IMG/VR virus record: IMGVR_UViG_3300036859_000816
Span: 1-64,000 of that record
DNA length: 64,000 bases
Direction: 5' to 3' (one strand)
Origin: a virus
Made by a program: the position numbers and the translations under genes. This document shows positions 1 through 9,124 of the stretch, piece after piece. The notes under the pieces are model-generated. The model was not told where the DNA came from and did no database searches. It saw nothing but the letters and a program-made list of their open reading frames with translations. The stretch's first letter is position 1, and each line of letters opens with the position of its first letter.

Positions 1-12
1 CACGCTTGCCTC

Positions 13-378
13 CTATCGCAGTAGACCGCCCAGTAAGACACCGAGAGCGACGCCAATGCCGCCGACGGCTATGAGAGTGCCCAACGATGGCGTACTCGAT
101 GCCGAACAGAATTTCAGTCCCTCAGCGGCCGCATCCATTGCCTTGGCATCGACCTTGTAGCCATCCCGAATGGCTTGGCAATTCGGCACGGACGAGGGCG
201 CCGTAGTGTTGATGCAATCGCTGAGCTCTTGCGAGTAACACGGCTGGGCTCGCAAAGCGGCCGCGCCAGAGGTCAGCGCCGTTGGTGACCACGTATGCGG
301 ATCGGCGCCGGGCAGCGCTGCGCCAATACCGAGCGGCTGGGCGTACATCGGTAGATTTGGTGCATAGAGCGCGTACAT
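13..378 (-). CDS. Small tail-anchored membrane protein, Cys-containing (putative virion protein)
   Basis: N-terminal PLGIG motif, four Cys, C-terminal hydrophobic helix LIAVGGIGVALGVLLGGLLR; same architecture as the 37-60 kb proteins. Confidence 0.7.
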   Translation of the reverse strand: MYALYAPNLPMYAQPLGIGAALPGADPHTWSPTALTSGAAALRAQPCYSQELSDCINTTAPSSVPNCQAIRDGYKVDAKAMDAAAEGLKFCSASSTPSLGTLIAVGGIGVALGVLLGGLLR

Positions 379-385
379 GCGCCCA

Positions 386-577
386 TCATGGTACCGATGA
401 GACTGGACCGTCGTCCAATTTTTGGATGGATCCGCCTCGGCGCTTCACCCAGTGCTCTATGGTGGCCAAGGGACGCCCGACCATCCACCGTCCAATCGGT
501 GCAGCCGACCACACATGCTCGCCGCGCACGACGATGGAGAACACCGCGTAAGGCAGTTCAATCCGATACCAGCTCAT
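386..577 (-). CDS. Hypothetical protein
   Basis: Fills the gap in a coupled minus-strand run (4-bp overlap with the upstream ORF). Confidence 0.55.
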   Translation of the reverse strand: MSWYRIELPYAVFSIVVRGEHVWSAAPIGRWMVGRPLATIEHWVKRRGGSIQKLDDGPVSSVP

Positions 578-1101
578 CGCAGACCAATCGGCCGCGGTTC
601 ACCCTCGAAGGCCTGAAGCAAGCAGGGTCCGCGGTAGCCGATCGGCACACCCATGACGTGCTCCGCGATAGCATCGGCAGTCAGCTCGACGGTGTCCGTG
701 TCGCGCTCTTTCCAGCCGCTGCGCCACTTGCGCCATTGTTTGACTTGCTGTGGATCCTCCACATCGAAGCGCCGACGCTCGACACGGTCACCTTGCAAGA
801 CAAACTCGCCCGGATAGCAGAAATCGGTAGCGTGACCGAGCTCGTGGGCGAGCATGGCGCAGACGGTATCGTAGCCGAGCTCGGCTAGTTCGGGCGCGAC
901 CACGATCTCGCTACCGTCCTCGAAACATGCGGCAAAGTGACGCGGCGTATTGTGTACCCAGCGCCGGCAGCGCAGCTGCACACTGCGCACGCGGTCTAGA
1001 CCGGCATCGAGAAATTGCTCACGCACGACCAGGAAGTAGGGCTCGATGATTGCATGAGCCTCCTCGGTCGTGAGATCGGTCTCTGTGTCGGCGCAGCCCA
1101 C
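574..1101 (-). CDS. HExxH zincin-like metallopeptidase-domain protein
   Basis: MLAHELGH motif plus downstream VELTAD (third ligand Glu). Confidence 0.6.
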   Translation of the reverse strand: MGCADTETDLTTEEAHAIIEPYFLVVREQFLDAGLDRVRSVQLRCRRWVHNTPRHFAACFEDGSEIVVAPELAELGYDTVCAMLAHELGHATDFCYPGEFVLQGDRVERRRFDVEDPQQVKQWRKWRSGWKERDTDTVELTADAIAEHVMGVPIGYRGPCLLQAFEGEPRPIGLR

Positions 1102-1108
1102 TCACAGC

Positions 1109-1534
1109 TCAGATTTGCGGACCCGGTTTGCTTTGAATGTGCGCGACCGCGCGTTGAACCTGTTCGCGGCTAATGTAGCCCGCTTCAATGCCACCATGCA
1201 GCGCGCGTTCACATTCCTGTGGCGTCAATCCGACGGGCACAACCATCGCGCAGCGTTGGCAGCCAAGATGCGGTCGCATGATGCCGTGCTGACGATCGTG
1301 TTTCCAACCGGGCGGCTCGCGTTTCATCGAAATGTAGGTGAGCTCTTCCCAGTCGGCTTCGATGCCTCCAGGCATGCCGCAATTGTCGCACGTGAACTCG
1401 ACGAAGAGTCCGCGGCCCGTCTGTTGAAAGCCCGTCTTGGCTTTATGCAGCGCGCCGAGGCCTTCGCTGTCTTCGAAAATTCCACCGAGGGCTGTTTCAT
1501 AATGCTTGACATCTGAGAATGCGTCGTCGCTCAT
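1109..1534 (-). CDS. Zinc-ribbon hypothetical protein
   Basis: CDNC...CQRC pairs; overlapping start/stop with neighbour. Confidence 0.65.
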   Translation of the reverse strand: MSDDAFSDVKHYETALGGIFEDSEGLGALHKAKTGFQQTGRGLFVEFTCDNCGMPGGIEADWEELTYISMKREPPGWKHDRQHGIMRPHLGCQRCAMVVPVGLTPQECERALHGGIEAGYISREQVQRAVAHIQSKPGPQI

Positions 1535-1749
1535 TGGATCTTGTCTCCATCTTCAGCACGCCGACCCATCCGGATCAAGCGATCGAGTTGCGCATGGCAG
1601 GCGGTCGTTGCTTCATACTGTTGGTACAGTGCTCGAATGATGTTACCGCGTAGAATCTTTTTACCGGACGCACCGCGCAACGATGGCGGCGATGCAGGTT
1701 CGAGAGGAAATTCTCGAACCACTTGACCTAGGTCCGGCGCGCTGTCCAT
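1531..1749 (-). CDS. Hypothetical protein
   Basis: Coupled ORF in minus-strand run. Confidence 0.5.
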   Translation of the reverse strand: MDSAPDLGQVVREFPLEPASPPSLRGASGKKILRGNIIRALYQQYEATTACHAQLDRLIRMGRRAEDGDKIQ

Positions 1750-2111
1750 GCCTCAAGGACTCCTGTGGCTCTGCCAACTTTCTCGGTCAATCCGTTGATG
1801 TGTGCGGTGCTCTGTGCAGTATAGGCTGCGAACTCTTCGTCTGTCACGCAACGGCGCAGGCGCTCGTCTAAGGCCTTGAGACTCGCCTTGATTTCTTCCA
1901 GTGTTTTCTCGAGATTTTTGAGCGTCTGGACGTCGTCCCGCACCTTCTGGAAGTCGGCCGTCGGCACCGCGGATTCGGCCACCGACTTTTGGACGGCCGG
2001 CGTGACCGAGCTCTGGATGGCGGGCATGACGACCTTGATCCACGCCAGATATGCGGCGCCCACTAACGTGCCGAGACCGGTCCCAATCAGAGCAAACTGA
2101 CTTATATCCAT
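1728..2111 (-). CDS. N-terminal transmembrane plus coiled-coil protein (holin-like candidate)
   Basis: Hydrophobic N-terminal helix followed by heptad-rich segment. Confidence 0.6.
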   Translation of the reverse strand: MDISQFALIGTGLGTLVGAAYLAWIKVVMPAIQSSVTPAVQKSVAESAVPTADFQKVRDDVQTLKNLEKTLEEIKASLKALDERLRRCVTDEEFAAYTAQSTAHINGLTEKVGRATGVLEAWTARRT

Positions 2112-2114
2112 TGG

Positions 2115-2888
2115 TTACACGTTAGCATGAACACGACCGGCTTCGATAAGACTCGGGTCGAAGTGTCGATACGGTTGCACCGGTACCCACCGTTCGGGTT
2201 CGCGCTCACCCGAGACCACGCGATGGCTGAGTAGACCGAGATAGTGACCCTTGCCGCCGCGGTAGATCATGCGGTCGATCGACATGCCGCCGCTCGCGTG
2301 CGCATGTTCGCGCGTGCAGCGACGATATAGGTAATTGTACACGCTCGTATTCCACAAGCGCGCTCCGTTACGCCGCATCTGCATGCACCAGCGAATGTCT
2401 TCGGCAAGTTTCTGAATCGGAAAATCTAGGCTGTCCTCGGACCACGCCGCGAGCGTTCCGCCAGTCAACGAAACAGCGATTCGATTCTGAAGATTTTCGA
2501 GAAAGAGAAACAGATACTGGTCATCGACGGCGATGAAATGTTGGTGCTTGCCGATGACGTCAGCCTTGTCGGCGTTAGCAACGATCTCAGTCAGGTAGTC
2601 GGCGCTGTACCAGTCATCATCATCGAAACTTGCCCAGTATCCGCCGCCATTGATACGCAGTTCCGTGATGCCGGTATTGCGCGCGTGTGATTGATGCGCG
2701 GCGCTCGTGAGCACACGGTCAGCGGGCAAACGTAGGCGTGCCCACGTGCCCACGGCAGGACCGTTCTCAACGATCCAGAGGCGTTTATCCGGGTGCAGCT
2801 GTCGCTGGAAGTTCTCCAATGTCCGCTGCGCATACTCGGGACGCGAGAAGGGTACAATTACCGTTACATTGCTAGGTCGGCGCTTCAT
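2115..2888 (-). CDS. Glycosyltransferase family 2 (GT-A fold)
   Basis: VTVIVP start, IVENG, ARNTG, FDDDD DxD motif, LAED. Confidence 0.85.
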   Translation of the reverse strand: MKRRPSNVTVIVPFSRPEYAQRTLENFQRQLHPDKRLWIVENGPAVGTWARLRLPADRVLTSAAHQSHARNTGITELRINGGGYWASFDDDDWYSADYLTEIVANADKADVIGKHQHFIAVDDQYLFLFLENLQNRIAVSLTGGTLAAWSEDSLDFPIQKLAEDIRWCMQMRRNGARLWNTSVYNYLYRRCTREHAHASGGMSIDRMIYRGGKGHYLGLLSHRVVSGEREPERWVPVQPYRHFDPSLIEAGRVHANV

Positions 2889-4678
2889 CGTTCGGCAGCG
2901 GCCACCACGCGCTTGATGGCGCGGATCTGTTTATCCTTGCCGGTCGTCCGCGCGAAATTACGAGTCAGTGCCGCGGCGAATGATTCGTCGTGATACGTGA
3001 TGCCGTCGGCCATGTGCGTGCATTCATGTACAGCTGAGGCGTACAACCACATAATGTGTTCCCAATCGGCCAGATCGAACAACTCCGCGTTGGACCGCAT
3101 TGGATCGACATTGTGAAACGGATTCAGTAGGAGCCAGTGTTGTCCTTCTTCGTGCAGGTAGGCTGCCGCGGCATAGGTGTCGAATTGAAAGCCGACACCG
3201 AAGGCTAGGCCTGAACCCAGTTGCATGAGTACAAAGCGACAGAGCTCCGCCCAGAAGCGCGCGAGCTTGCGAATGTTGCGCGTCATCGTTGCCGGATAGA
3301 ATTTCTTGGGAACGTGGAAGCCGTCCACCTCATTGATGACATAGAAGTCGGGTTGCCAAGCCAGCTGCTTGATTGCATTCTCGACCTGCGTACTGCCGGC
3401 CAAGTCAACTCCCGACAGTAAGACTTCCGCCAGTTCGCTACTGACGAGCGCAATGGATTGCTCGGCCTCGCTTTCAGTCGGCAGCATGTTGCGCAGTGCG
3501 GATGTGACCGTGGTCACTTGTTCAACGCTGAGATACTGACGACCAGCATGCGTTCGTTGACCCAACGGTTCGAGCGTTCCTAAAGCATCAGACGCGCTGC
3601 TCACGACATCGCGCTGAAGCTCGGCCTTGAATTTGCCGCTACCGACGAATCGCTCACGAATAATGCCCGCTTTCTTTTTGAGCGCACTCACGACGTCGGC
3701 GGCTAACTCGTTGGAAAAGTCGTCGATCTCCCGTTGCAAAGACCGATCTCGAAATCCATCTCGGTTCGCAGTGAGCAGTTCAATACTCGGACGTCGTAGC
3801 TCGATGATGATTTGTCCGGGTACCGAGCTCGTGACATAGCGACCGAACATGTACAAGCCATTGGCTCGCACGAGCATCGCGCCGCGAAACGGTGCATCGC
3901 GCTTGTTGTAATAAAGCTCTGCTTTGCCGCCAAAGTCTCGCACTGACGCGCCCGTGCTCAGGTCCGCGCGAACAGATTTGCCATTGACGGTGAAGCGTAC
4001 GCTCAAATCGCACTTACCGATAAACGAGAGCGCGGCCGCTTCGTGCGTGGTCTGATCGGCTGGCATCGCGACAGTGAGTAGTGTTCCGGATCGGTAGGAC
4101 GCAGGCTCCACCTCGTATTCGATACCGGCACCGCGCACGATGCGGTCGCGCGTATGAATCGTCCAGGACAACCATGGCAGCACAAGCAGTTCTTTCGCTT
4201 TACCAAATCCGCCGGTCGTCGATCCGCTGACCTTCGTCGTGCCACCGAGGACGAGGAACTTGTTGATGAGCACGTCCTCATCCATGCCGCCGCCATTGTC
4301 TTCGACGCTGATGAGGTAACTACCGTCCGCTTGCTGTTCGGCGGTGCAGTCGATGCGGGACGCGCCGGCATCGACCGCATTCTGGATAGCTTCCCGCCAC
4401 CACTTCTCTTGCCAGTCCTCGTAATCCTTGATGGCGCTCGTAAAGAACTCGCGTCCGATACGGATGCTCCCGAGCGCGTTCCGCTCGTAGCTGTCCCGCA
4501 CTTGCACGGCAATGAGCTTTTCGCCATCCTCGGCGTATCGTTCGCCGATTTGTTCGGCGTGCCCTTCGGCGATGAGTGCCTTGAGCACTCCGTATGCGTC
4601 AGCGTCAGCTGACGCTACATATAGACCGGGTTCAAGATCCCGTGCGTCCGCAAAGCTTTCAATGAACTGCGCTGTCAT
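2885..4678 (-). CDS. GHKL (HATPase/Hsp90-like) ATPase with C-terminal HExxH motif
   Basis: REAIQNAVDAG (N-box), VEDNGGGM (G1), GGFGKA (G2); C-terminal VHECTH...HDESF. Confidence 0.85.
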   Translation of the reverse strand: MTAQFIESFADARDLEPGLYVASADADAYGVLKALIAEGHAEQIGERYAEDGEKLIAVQVRDSYERNALGSIRIGREFFTSAIKDYEDWQEKWWREAIQNAVDAGASRIDCTAEQQADGSYLISVEDNGGGMDEDVLINKFLVLGGTTKVSGSTTGGFGKAKELLVLPWLSWTIHTRDRIVRGAGIEYEVEPASYRSGTLLTVAMPADQTTHEAAALSFIGKCDLSVRFTVNGKSVRADLSTGASVRDFGGKAELYYNKRDAPFRGAMLVRANGLYMFGRYVTSSVPGQIIIELRRPSIELLTANRDGFRDRSLQREIDDFSNELAADVVSALKKKAGIIRERFVGSGKFKAELQRDVVSSASDALGTLEPLGQRTHAGRQYLSVEQVTTVTSALRNMLPTESEAEQSIALVSSELAEVLLSGVDLAGSTQVENAIKQLAWQPDFYVINEVDGFHVPKKFYPATMTRNIRKLARFWAELCRFVLMQLGSGLAFGVGFQFDTYAAAAYLHEEGQHWLLLNPFHNVDPMRSNAELFDLADWEHIMWLYASAVHECTHMADGITYHDESFAAALTRNFARTTGKDKQIRAIKRVVAAAER

Positions 4679-4962
4679 GCGGACTCCAAATCCTCAACCG
4701 TCTCGTTGCGTAACGTGGCCGGCGTAACTTTCCCGTCGCGACGATAAATGCGCCGCGCTGCGCGCATCAACGTCGGCAACTCTGACCAATCAAATGCTTC
4801 TACTTCACCCGCGACCGCCCACATGGCCTCAACTGGAATCTTGCGAATGCCCTTCGGATAAAACTGCATACCATTGGTGATCGCTCCATCAGACCAAAAC
4901 AGCACAGTAAAATTGTCAGCCGTCTTACGCTTAGCGACAATCTCTGCTTGGCGCTCAGTCAC
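4675..4962 (-). CDS. Hypothetical protein
   Basis: Coupled to both neighbours by 4-bp overlaps. Confidence 0.6.
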   Translation of the reverse strand: MTERQAEIVAKRKTADNFTVLFWSDGAITNGMQFYPKGIRKIPVEAMWAVAGEVEAFDWSELPTLMRAARRIYRRDGKVTPATLRNETVEDLESA

Positions 4963-5867
4963 GGCGCCGTACCAGTGAAGACGAAGATGCCGACCGTTTC
5001 AATGGGCTGCCGCGTGCCGTTGTTCGTGCCGAACGTATTCGAAAACGATTGGTCTAGGTCCGGATTGGCAAAGTCCCAGGTATCGTTCGGATCACTGACG
5101 TCCACGTCCACGCGGCGCGCGAAGATCAGCATTTCATCGCCCTCGGCATCGAACCAAAACGGATGGTAGACGGGACCACCGGGAATGCCGCCGTTGAAGT
5201 CGGGCGCGGTCGGACCTTCGACAAATGGAAAGACACCCTGCGTAATGATACCGATCTCGGGAGGTCCGGGTCGCGGCGGTGGCAAGAACGGACCTTGCCA
5301 GAGATTACTACCCGTCACGTTGTCGAAACCTTCGGCACCTAGCGGAATGATGAGCTGTCCACGCAAATGGATGACGCCGTTCGCATTGACAAACACGCTC
5401 GTGCTCGGCTCAGGCTGCTCGTAGGCAATGGTTTGAATAGCGCCCGGAATGACGACACGCCTACTAGCCGGGTCCGCCGGATCGTTGGCTACGCCCAGCT
5501 CGCGGCGGCGTAAGTGGTAGTAGGGCATTTGATCTTTTGGCACGTTCTGGTTGAACGCATCGACGAAATCGCCAATGGACCGCAGGCGCCAGATGATTTG
5601 ATACTGGTACGGCGTCGGGACGAAGTAATCAATGAGCGCCGACGGAATCCAGATCATGACGCGCGCACCGATGGGCACAGGGATCCCCGCTATCAGATTC
5701 GGATCGAATCCCTGCACTCCGAGCTCGGCCTCACGATCGATCGTGCCAGGAAATGCTATCGGAACGCTCGCCGGCTGACCCTGGTAGCGCGCCTCGAAGT
5801 TTGGAAACGGTTTAAGGATCCGTGCCATTCCAAACTGTGCATCGACGAGTACGTTCTGACCTGCCAC
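4959..5867 (-). CDS. Pro/Gly- and beta-rich protein, putative virion (jelly-roll-like) protein
   Basis: Alternating hydrophobic strands, terminal IFVFTG strand like the 50-54 kb proteins; fold is inference. Confidence 0.5.
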   Translation of the reverse strand: MAGQNVLVDAQFGMARILKPFPNFEARYQGQPASVPIAFPGTIDREAELGVQGFDPNLIAGIPVPIGARVMIWIPSALIDYFVPTPYQYQIIWRLRSIGDFVDAFNQNVPKDQMPYYHLRRRELGVANDPADPASRRVVIPGAIQTIAYEQPEPSTSVFVNANGVIHLRGQLIIPLGAEGFDNVTGSNLWQGPFLPPPRPGPPEIGIITQGVFPFVEGPTAPDFNGGIPGGPVYHPFWFDAEGDEMLIFARRVDVDVSDPNDTWDFANPDLDQSFSNTFGTNNGTRQPIETVGIFVFTGTAP

Positions 5868-5881
5868 GTTCTTGTTTTCCT

Positions 5882-6379
5882 TTATTCGCGCGAAGAGCGC
5901 GTCGCACGATACGCTAAGTAAGCGCCGATGACACCGCCGACGACGGCCATCGTTGCGCTCTTGGCTGCCTCTTCACGTTCTGCCGGATTGGCGCTCGGCC
6001 ACAGTTCCTGCGCGCGCCAGCCGTTCCGAGCGGCACCGACGAGAATGAATCCGGCACCCGCTCCCCATGCACCGCCGAGTAACCAACCTGCCGCGAGTCC
6101 CGTGCCGGCCAAAACAAGAGCAACACCCGCGCCGCGGCGCACTGCTGCATCAGGCATCGTTTGCTGCATCATTGGTATGGGTGCGGCGCTCGGTAGCTGA
6201 TCCGTGCTTGTCGGCGCGGTCGGAAGGCTCGATTGCTCAGCGGGTAAGAGCGCTGGAGTCGGCTCAGAGGACGAGGCCCAGGTGACGGGAGTTTCTTCGT
6301 CTGTTTGCCCGAACATGCGAGTCGATAGGGTATCGAAGCCCACAGTTAAAGGCAAAAAATATTGCTTGGAGTCGTACAT
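5882..6379 (-). CDS. Membrane protein with Gly/Ala-rich C-terminal helices
   Basis: Pro/Ser linker then two to three hydrophobic helices and basic tail. Confidence 0.7.
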   Translation of the reverse strand: MYDSKQYFLPLTVGFDTLSTRMFGQTDEETPVTWASSSEPTPALLPAEQSSLPTAPTSTDQLPSAAPIPMMQQTMPDAAVRRGAGVALVLAGTGLAAGWLLGGAWGAGAGFILVGAARNGWRAQELWPSANPAEREEAAKSATMAVVGGVIGAYLAYRATRSSRE

Positions 6380-6399
6380 GGAACCTAGTCTGCCCGCCC

Positions 6400-7024
6400 A
6401 TGACGCCCTTTGCCGTTCGAATCCTCGCGACCCTCTTACAGCTCGCTGTGCCTCGCGTCGAACCCGAGACTGCCGAGCACCGGCTTGCTCGCATGCAGCC
6501 CATCGCTGAGGCTATGGCAGACGTGAGCGCTGAGGTGCGCTGCGTTGATCAGCCTGAGACGTGCCGGGTTCAATGGCCGGGACCACGGCGGGAGCTCGCC
6601 ATCGCCTTCATCGCGATTGGCTATCATGAAAGCGGGTTTGCTCCGTATGTCGGCGAAGATCGCTGCCACGATGGTCCCCAAGGGCGCGCGCTGCGATAAC
6701 GGCCGCGCCCTCGGTTACTGGCAGCTACATCGCAACACGTGCGCGGCTGCCTGGGATTCACCACATGCGCCCGGCAGCTATGCGCGGCTGGTCGTCGAGC
6801 TCCGCTGTGTCGTTCGCGCTTTCTCGTCGGCGCACCGTATATGCAACGAGAACGCTATCGATTGGGCGTATGTGTTCGGCAGATACGGAGGCCGGCAGTG
6901 CGCATGGGTGGGTGGAAAGACTCGAGCATTCACGATGCTGCGCGTCAGCAAGCTCTACGAACGCATGAGTCGCCAACCTGCGTCCGCCTTGCCCACGATT
7001 GAGTATCCCAAAATCAACGACTAG
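6400..7024 (+). pseudogene. Lysozyme-like / lytic transglycosylase gene split by a +1 frameshift
   Basis: Frame 1 has hydrophobic N-terminus and catalytic-type YHESGF; the +1 frame continues KGARCDNGRALGYWQLH; junction at CCCC 6676-6679. Confidence 0.65.
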
Positions 7025-7574
7025 TTCTCTTGACTTGGACCAGAAATTCGCAAGCGTTCAGGCTCGGTTTGCGCAGTCGGCAATGTAGTTCATCGACGAC
7101 CGCGCGCTCATTGTAGTGCTTGGCCACGCCCAGCATGATGCCCTTGGCCAGTGCGCAGAGCGAGCGATGCGACGAATAGAAGACTCGCAAGGTTTCGGCA
7201 TCCACGCTTTCGCAGCGTAACGTCGGAGGGCGCGCTCCTTTGATGCGGGCGCGCACGACCTTGTGCAATATCTGATCGGTGTTCTGAAGCAACTCGAGCG
7301 TGCGCCATTTGCGGTCAATGAGCGCTGGGTACGTCTTCACGAGACCGGGCACAATGTACTGACCGAAGCGTTCGAGCACCGTCTCTACCGGCAGCCGCGC
7401 CATCTCGACGCACGCGCCCACAATTGCTTCGATGTCGCTGTCCGGGTACTCGCGAATAGGCAAGTAGACCGTCGTCGGATCAAGCTCGGCGCGTTGAAGG
7501 GCTAGCTGCCAAGCGTCCACACCCAGCGCGTGTTCGACGAAGCCCTTCAATTCGACGAAAATTATTCCGTGCAC
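7014..7574 (-). CDS. H-NOX (heme NO/O2-binding, HNOB) domain protein
   Basis: MHGIIF start, YPD, FG, proximal His in ILHKVV, PP, YSSHR (YxSxR) heme motif, GIMLGVAKHY. Confidence 0.88.
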   Translation of the reverse strand: MHGIIFVELKGFVEHALGVDAWQLALQRAELDPTTVYLPIREYPDSDIEAIVGACVEMARLPVETVLERFGQYIVPGLVKTYPALIDRKWRTLELLQNTDQILHKVVRARIKGARPPTLRCESVDAETLRVFYSSHRSLCALAKGIMLGVAKHYNERAVVDELHCRLRKPSLNACEFLVQVKRTSR

Positions 7575-7619
7575 TTCAAGACGTTAGGGTTCATATGCGC
7601 GCGACGTCAAAAAAACGTC

Positions 7620-7648
7620 TTGCTGTGCAAGCCGGCGCATGCTGCAAT
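7620..7648 (+). promoter_or_regulatory. Sigma70-type promoter for the tRNA
   Basis: TTGCTG - 17 bp - TGCAAT with TGn extension, upstream A-tract, 6 bp before the tRNA 5' end. Confidence 0.55.
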
Positions 7649-7654
7649 ATCGCC

Positions 7655-7729
7655 AGCGGCCTAGAACTCTGGGAGTTCGACAGGCTCATACCCTGTTTTA
7701 GGTCGGTTCGATTCCGACGGCCGCTTCCA
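7655..7729 (+). tRNA. tRNA with CAT anticodon (Met or Ile2)
   Basis: Cloverleaf: AGCGGCC/GGCCGCT acceptor, GAAC/GTTC D stem, ACAGG-CTCATAC-CCTGT anticodon arm, GTCGG-TTCGATT-CCGAC T arm, encoded CCA. Confidence 0.92.
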
Positions 7730-7745
7730 TTCAGGCGATTCGACT

Positions 7746-8099
7746 TTACAGCACCGAACGGCGGTTCCTCAAACGGACCTCGGACGGTTGCTCGGCGCTT
7801 TGTTTGAACTGCTGGCAGCCCTGATGCTCGAACGTGAGAAGCCCGCATCGGTGCGATTTCGGATTCGTGCAGACGAGCCAATCAGCGGACAACTTCTCAT
7901 CCTCCAGCCACTTTGCGTAACGGCAGCCGCACGAACAGTCCGGATACATCTGCTTTGGGTCCGACCAACGCACGACCGTGCCACCGTAGTCGGAGTAGTC
8001 CTTGGACAAAACTTTCAGCATCTTCAGTAATCGCCCGTGCTCGCCCTTCTGTTTGGTGCGCTTCATCAAGTTCGGTCTGTATTTGGCTTTAGCTGGCAT
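7746..8099 (-). CDS. DUF3027-like Cys-rich protein
   Basis: DCSCGC...DWLVCTNPKS...GLLTFEHQGC pattern. Confidence 0.55.
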   Translation of the reverse strand: MPAKAKYRPNLMKRTKQKGEHGRLLKMLKVLSKDYSDYGGTVVRWSDPKQMYPDCSCGCRYAKWLEDEKLSADWLVCTNPKSHRCGLLTFEHQGCQQFKQSAEQPSEVRLRNRRSVL

Positions 8100-8445
8100 T
8101 TCCTGTTCCTGCTTCTTCGGAGATACGTACGAGCGTCTCTTTGGTCAATCCCATTTTACCGAGAACTTCAACGGCATACCGCGCAAGCGCGGCCACGTCA
8201 TCGTGACGAAAATTGCGATCCGTAAATCGAAAGCGGGTCGTGATCTTGTAGCGCGGCACATCAAAAATCAGGTGCTCGCGATCGGAGCCGGCAAACTGAA
8301 CGAAGAATTTGCCCGTTGCAGCGTCCTCGATGATTACGAACGGTCGGTGCTCCTTCGGTTTTTCAAGCAGGCGCAACAGGGCCGCTTGAATGACGCCGTC
8401 GGCGTGTTCCAGTAGCACTACGGTCGGTTCAGCCTTACGAACCAT
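8089..8445 (-). CDS. Hypothetical protein
   Basis: ORF in packed minus-strand run. Confidence 0.6.
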   Translation of the reverse strand: MVRKAEPTVVLLEHADGVIQAALLRLLEKPKEHRPFVIIEDAATGKFFVQFAGSDREHLIFDVPRYKITTRFRFTDRNFRHDDVAALARYAVEVLGKMGLTKETLVRISEEAGTGNAS

Positions 8446-8451
8446 CGCTTC

Positions 8452-8820
8452 TCACTTCACCGCTCGCTTTTGGATCATGCGCATGATGGATCCGAACTCG
8501 ACGAATAGTTCGATCATCCGAATCGCTTCCTTGCGATCGGACTCCTTCTCTTCTTCGCTGAGCTCGGCATAAGGCGTCTCCATCTGCCGCTTCCAACGAT
8601 CAACGAGCGCACTCGGTATGAAGATTGTTCCGGCTCCGTGCATAGATGGATGCGACTTGCTGAACAGGTAGCGCATCCATCCGGACCACTGCTCGTGGGA
8701 GAGCGCCGCTAGCCGCTCGCGCATTTCCGTGGCCGCTTCTTCGATAATGTCACCGGCCACGATCTCGTCGCCCTCGTCGGTTACGATCACAATCGGGTCT
8801 GTCGGTTCATCGTCATCCAT
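8452..8820 (-). CDS. RyR-repeat-like phage protein
   Basis: LAALSHEQW...PYAELSEEEKESDR motif. Confidence 0.55.
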   Translation of the reverse strand: MDDDEPTDPIVIVTDEGDEIVAGDIIEEAATEMRERLAALSHEQWSGWMRYLFSKSHPSMHGAGTIFIPSALVDRWKRQMETPYAELSEEEKESDRKEAIRMIELFVEFGSIMRMIQKRAVK

Positions 8821-8821
8821 G

Positions 8822-9124
8822 TCATTTCTCGGGAAGCTCGGGACGGAGGTGCTTGGGCCGTGTTTCGACGAGCAGCGCCTTACACCGAACTAGATCGCTC
8901 GCATCCATGGTCCATGATGCGTACCGTTTGCCGCCGCGGATTCGTCCGGTTTTCGGGTTTACCTCGTAGTAGCCCGCGGTCGGCCACCAGATGCCGATGA
9001 AATCCCGGGTCACCTGCACCACGTCTACATGGCGCCGGGCGCTGCCGACGTGTACGAAGGTCACCGTGAGCAGACTCGTCGATGCGGTCGGCGTCGAAGA
9101 ACTGAGCAGGCTAGCACTTGTCAT
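8822..9124 (-). CDS. Hypothetical protein
   Basis: ATGA overlap with upstream stop. Confidence 0.5.
   Translation of the reverse strand: MTSASLLSSSTPTASTSLLTVTFVHVGSARRHVDVVQVTRDFIGIWWPTAGYYEVNPKTGRIRGGKRYASWTMDASDLVRCKALLVETRPKHLRPELPEK

Noticed and set aside
2885-4678. Genome-packaging ATPase
   Set aside because: GHKL motifs, not the P-loop FtsK/HerA or terminase type; no packaging ATPase identified in the window
7655-7729. tRNA as prophage attachment site
   Set aside because: No integrase and no duplicated tRNA 3' end seen; virus-like genes on both sides
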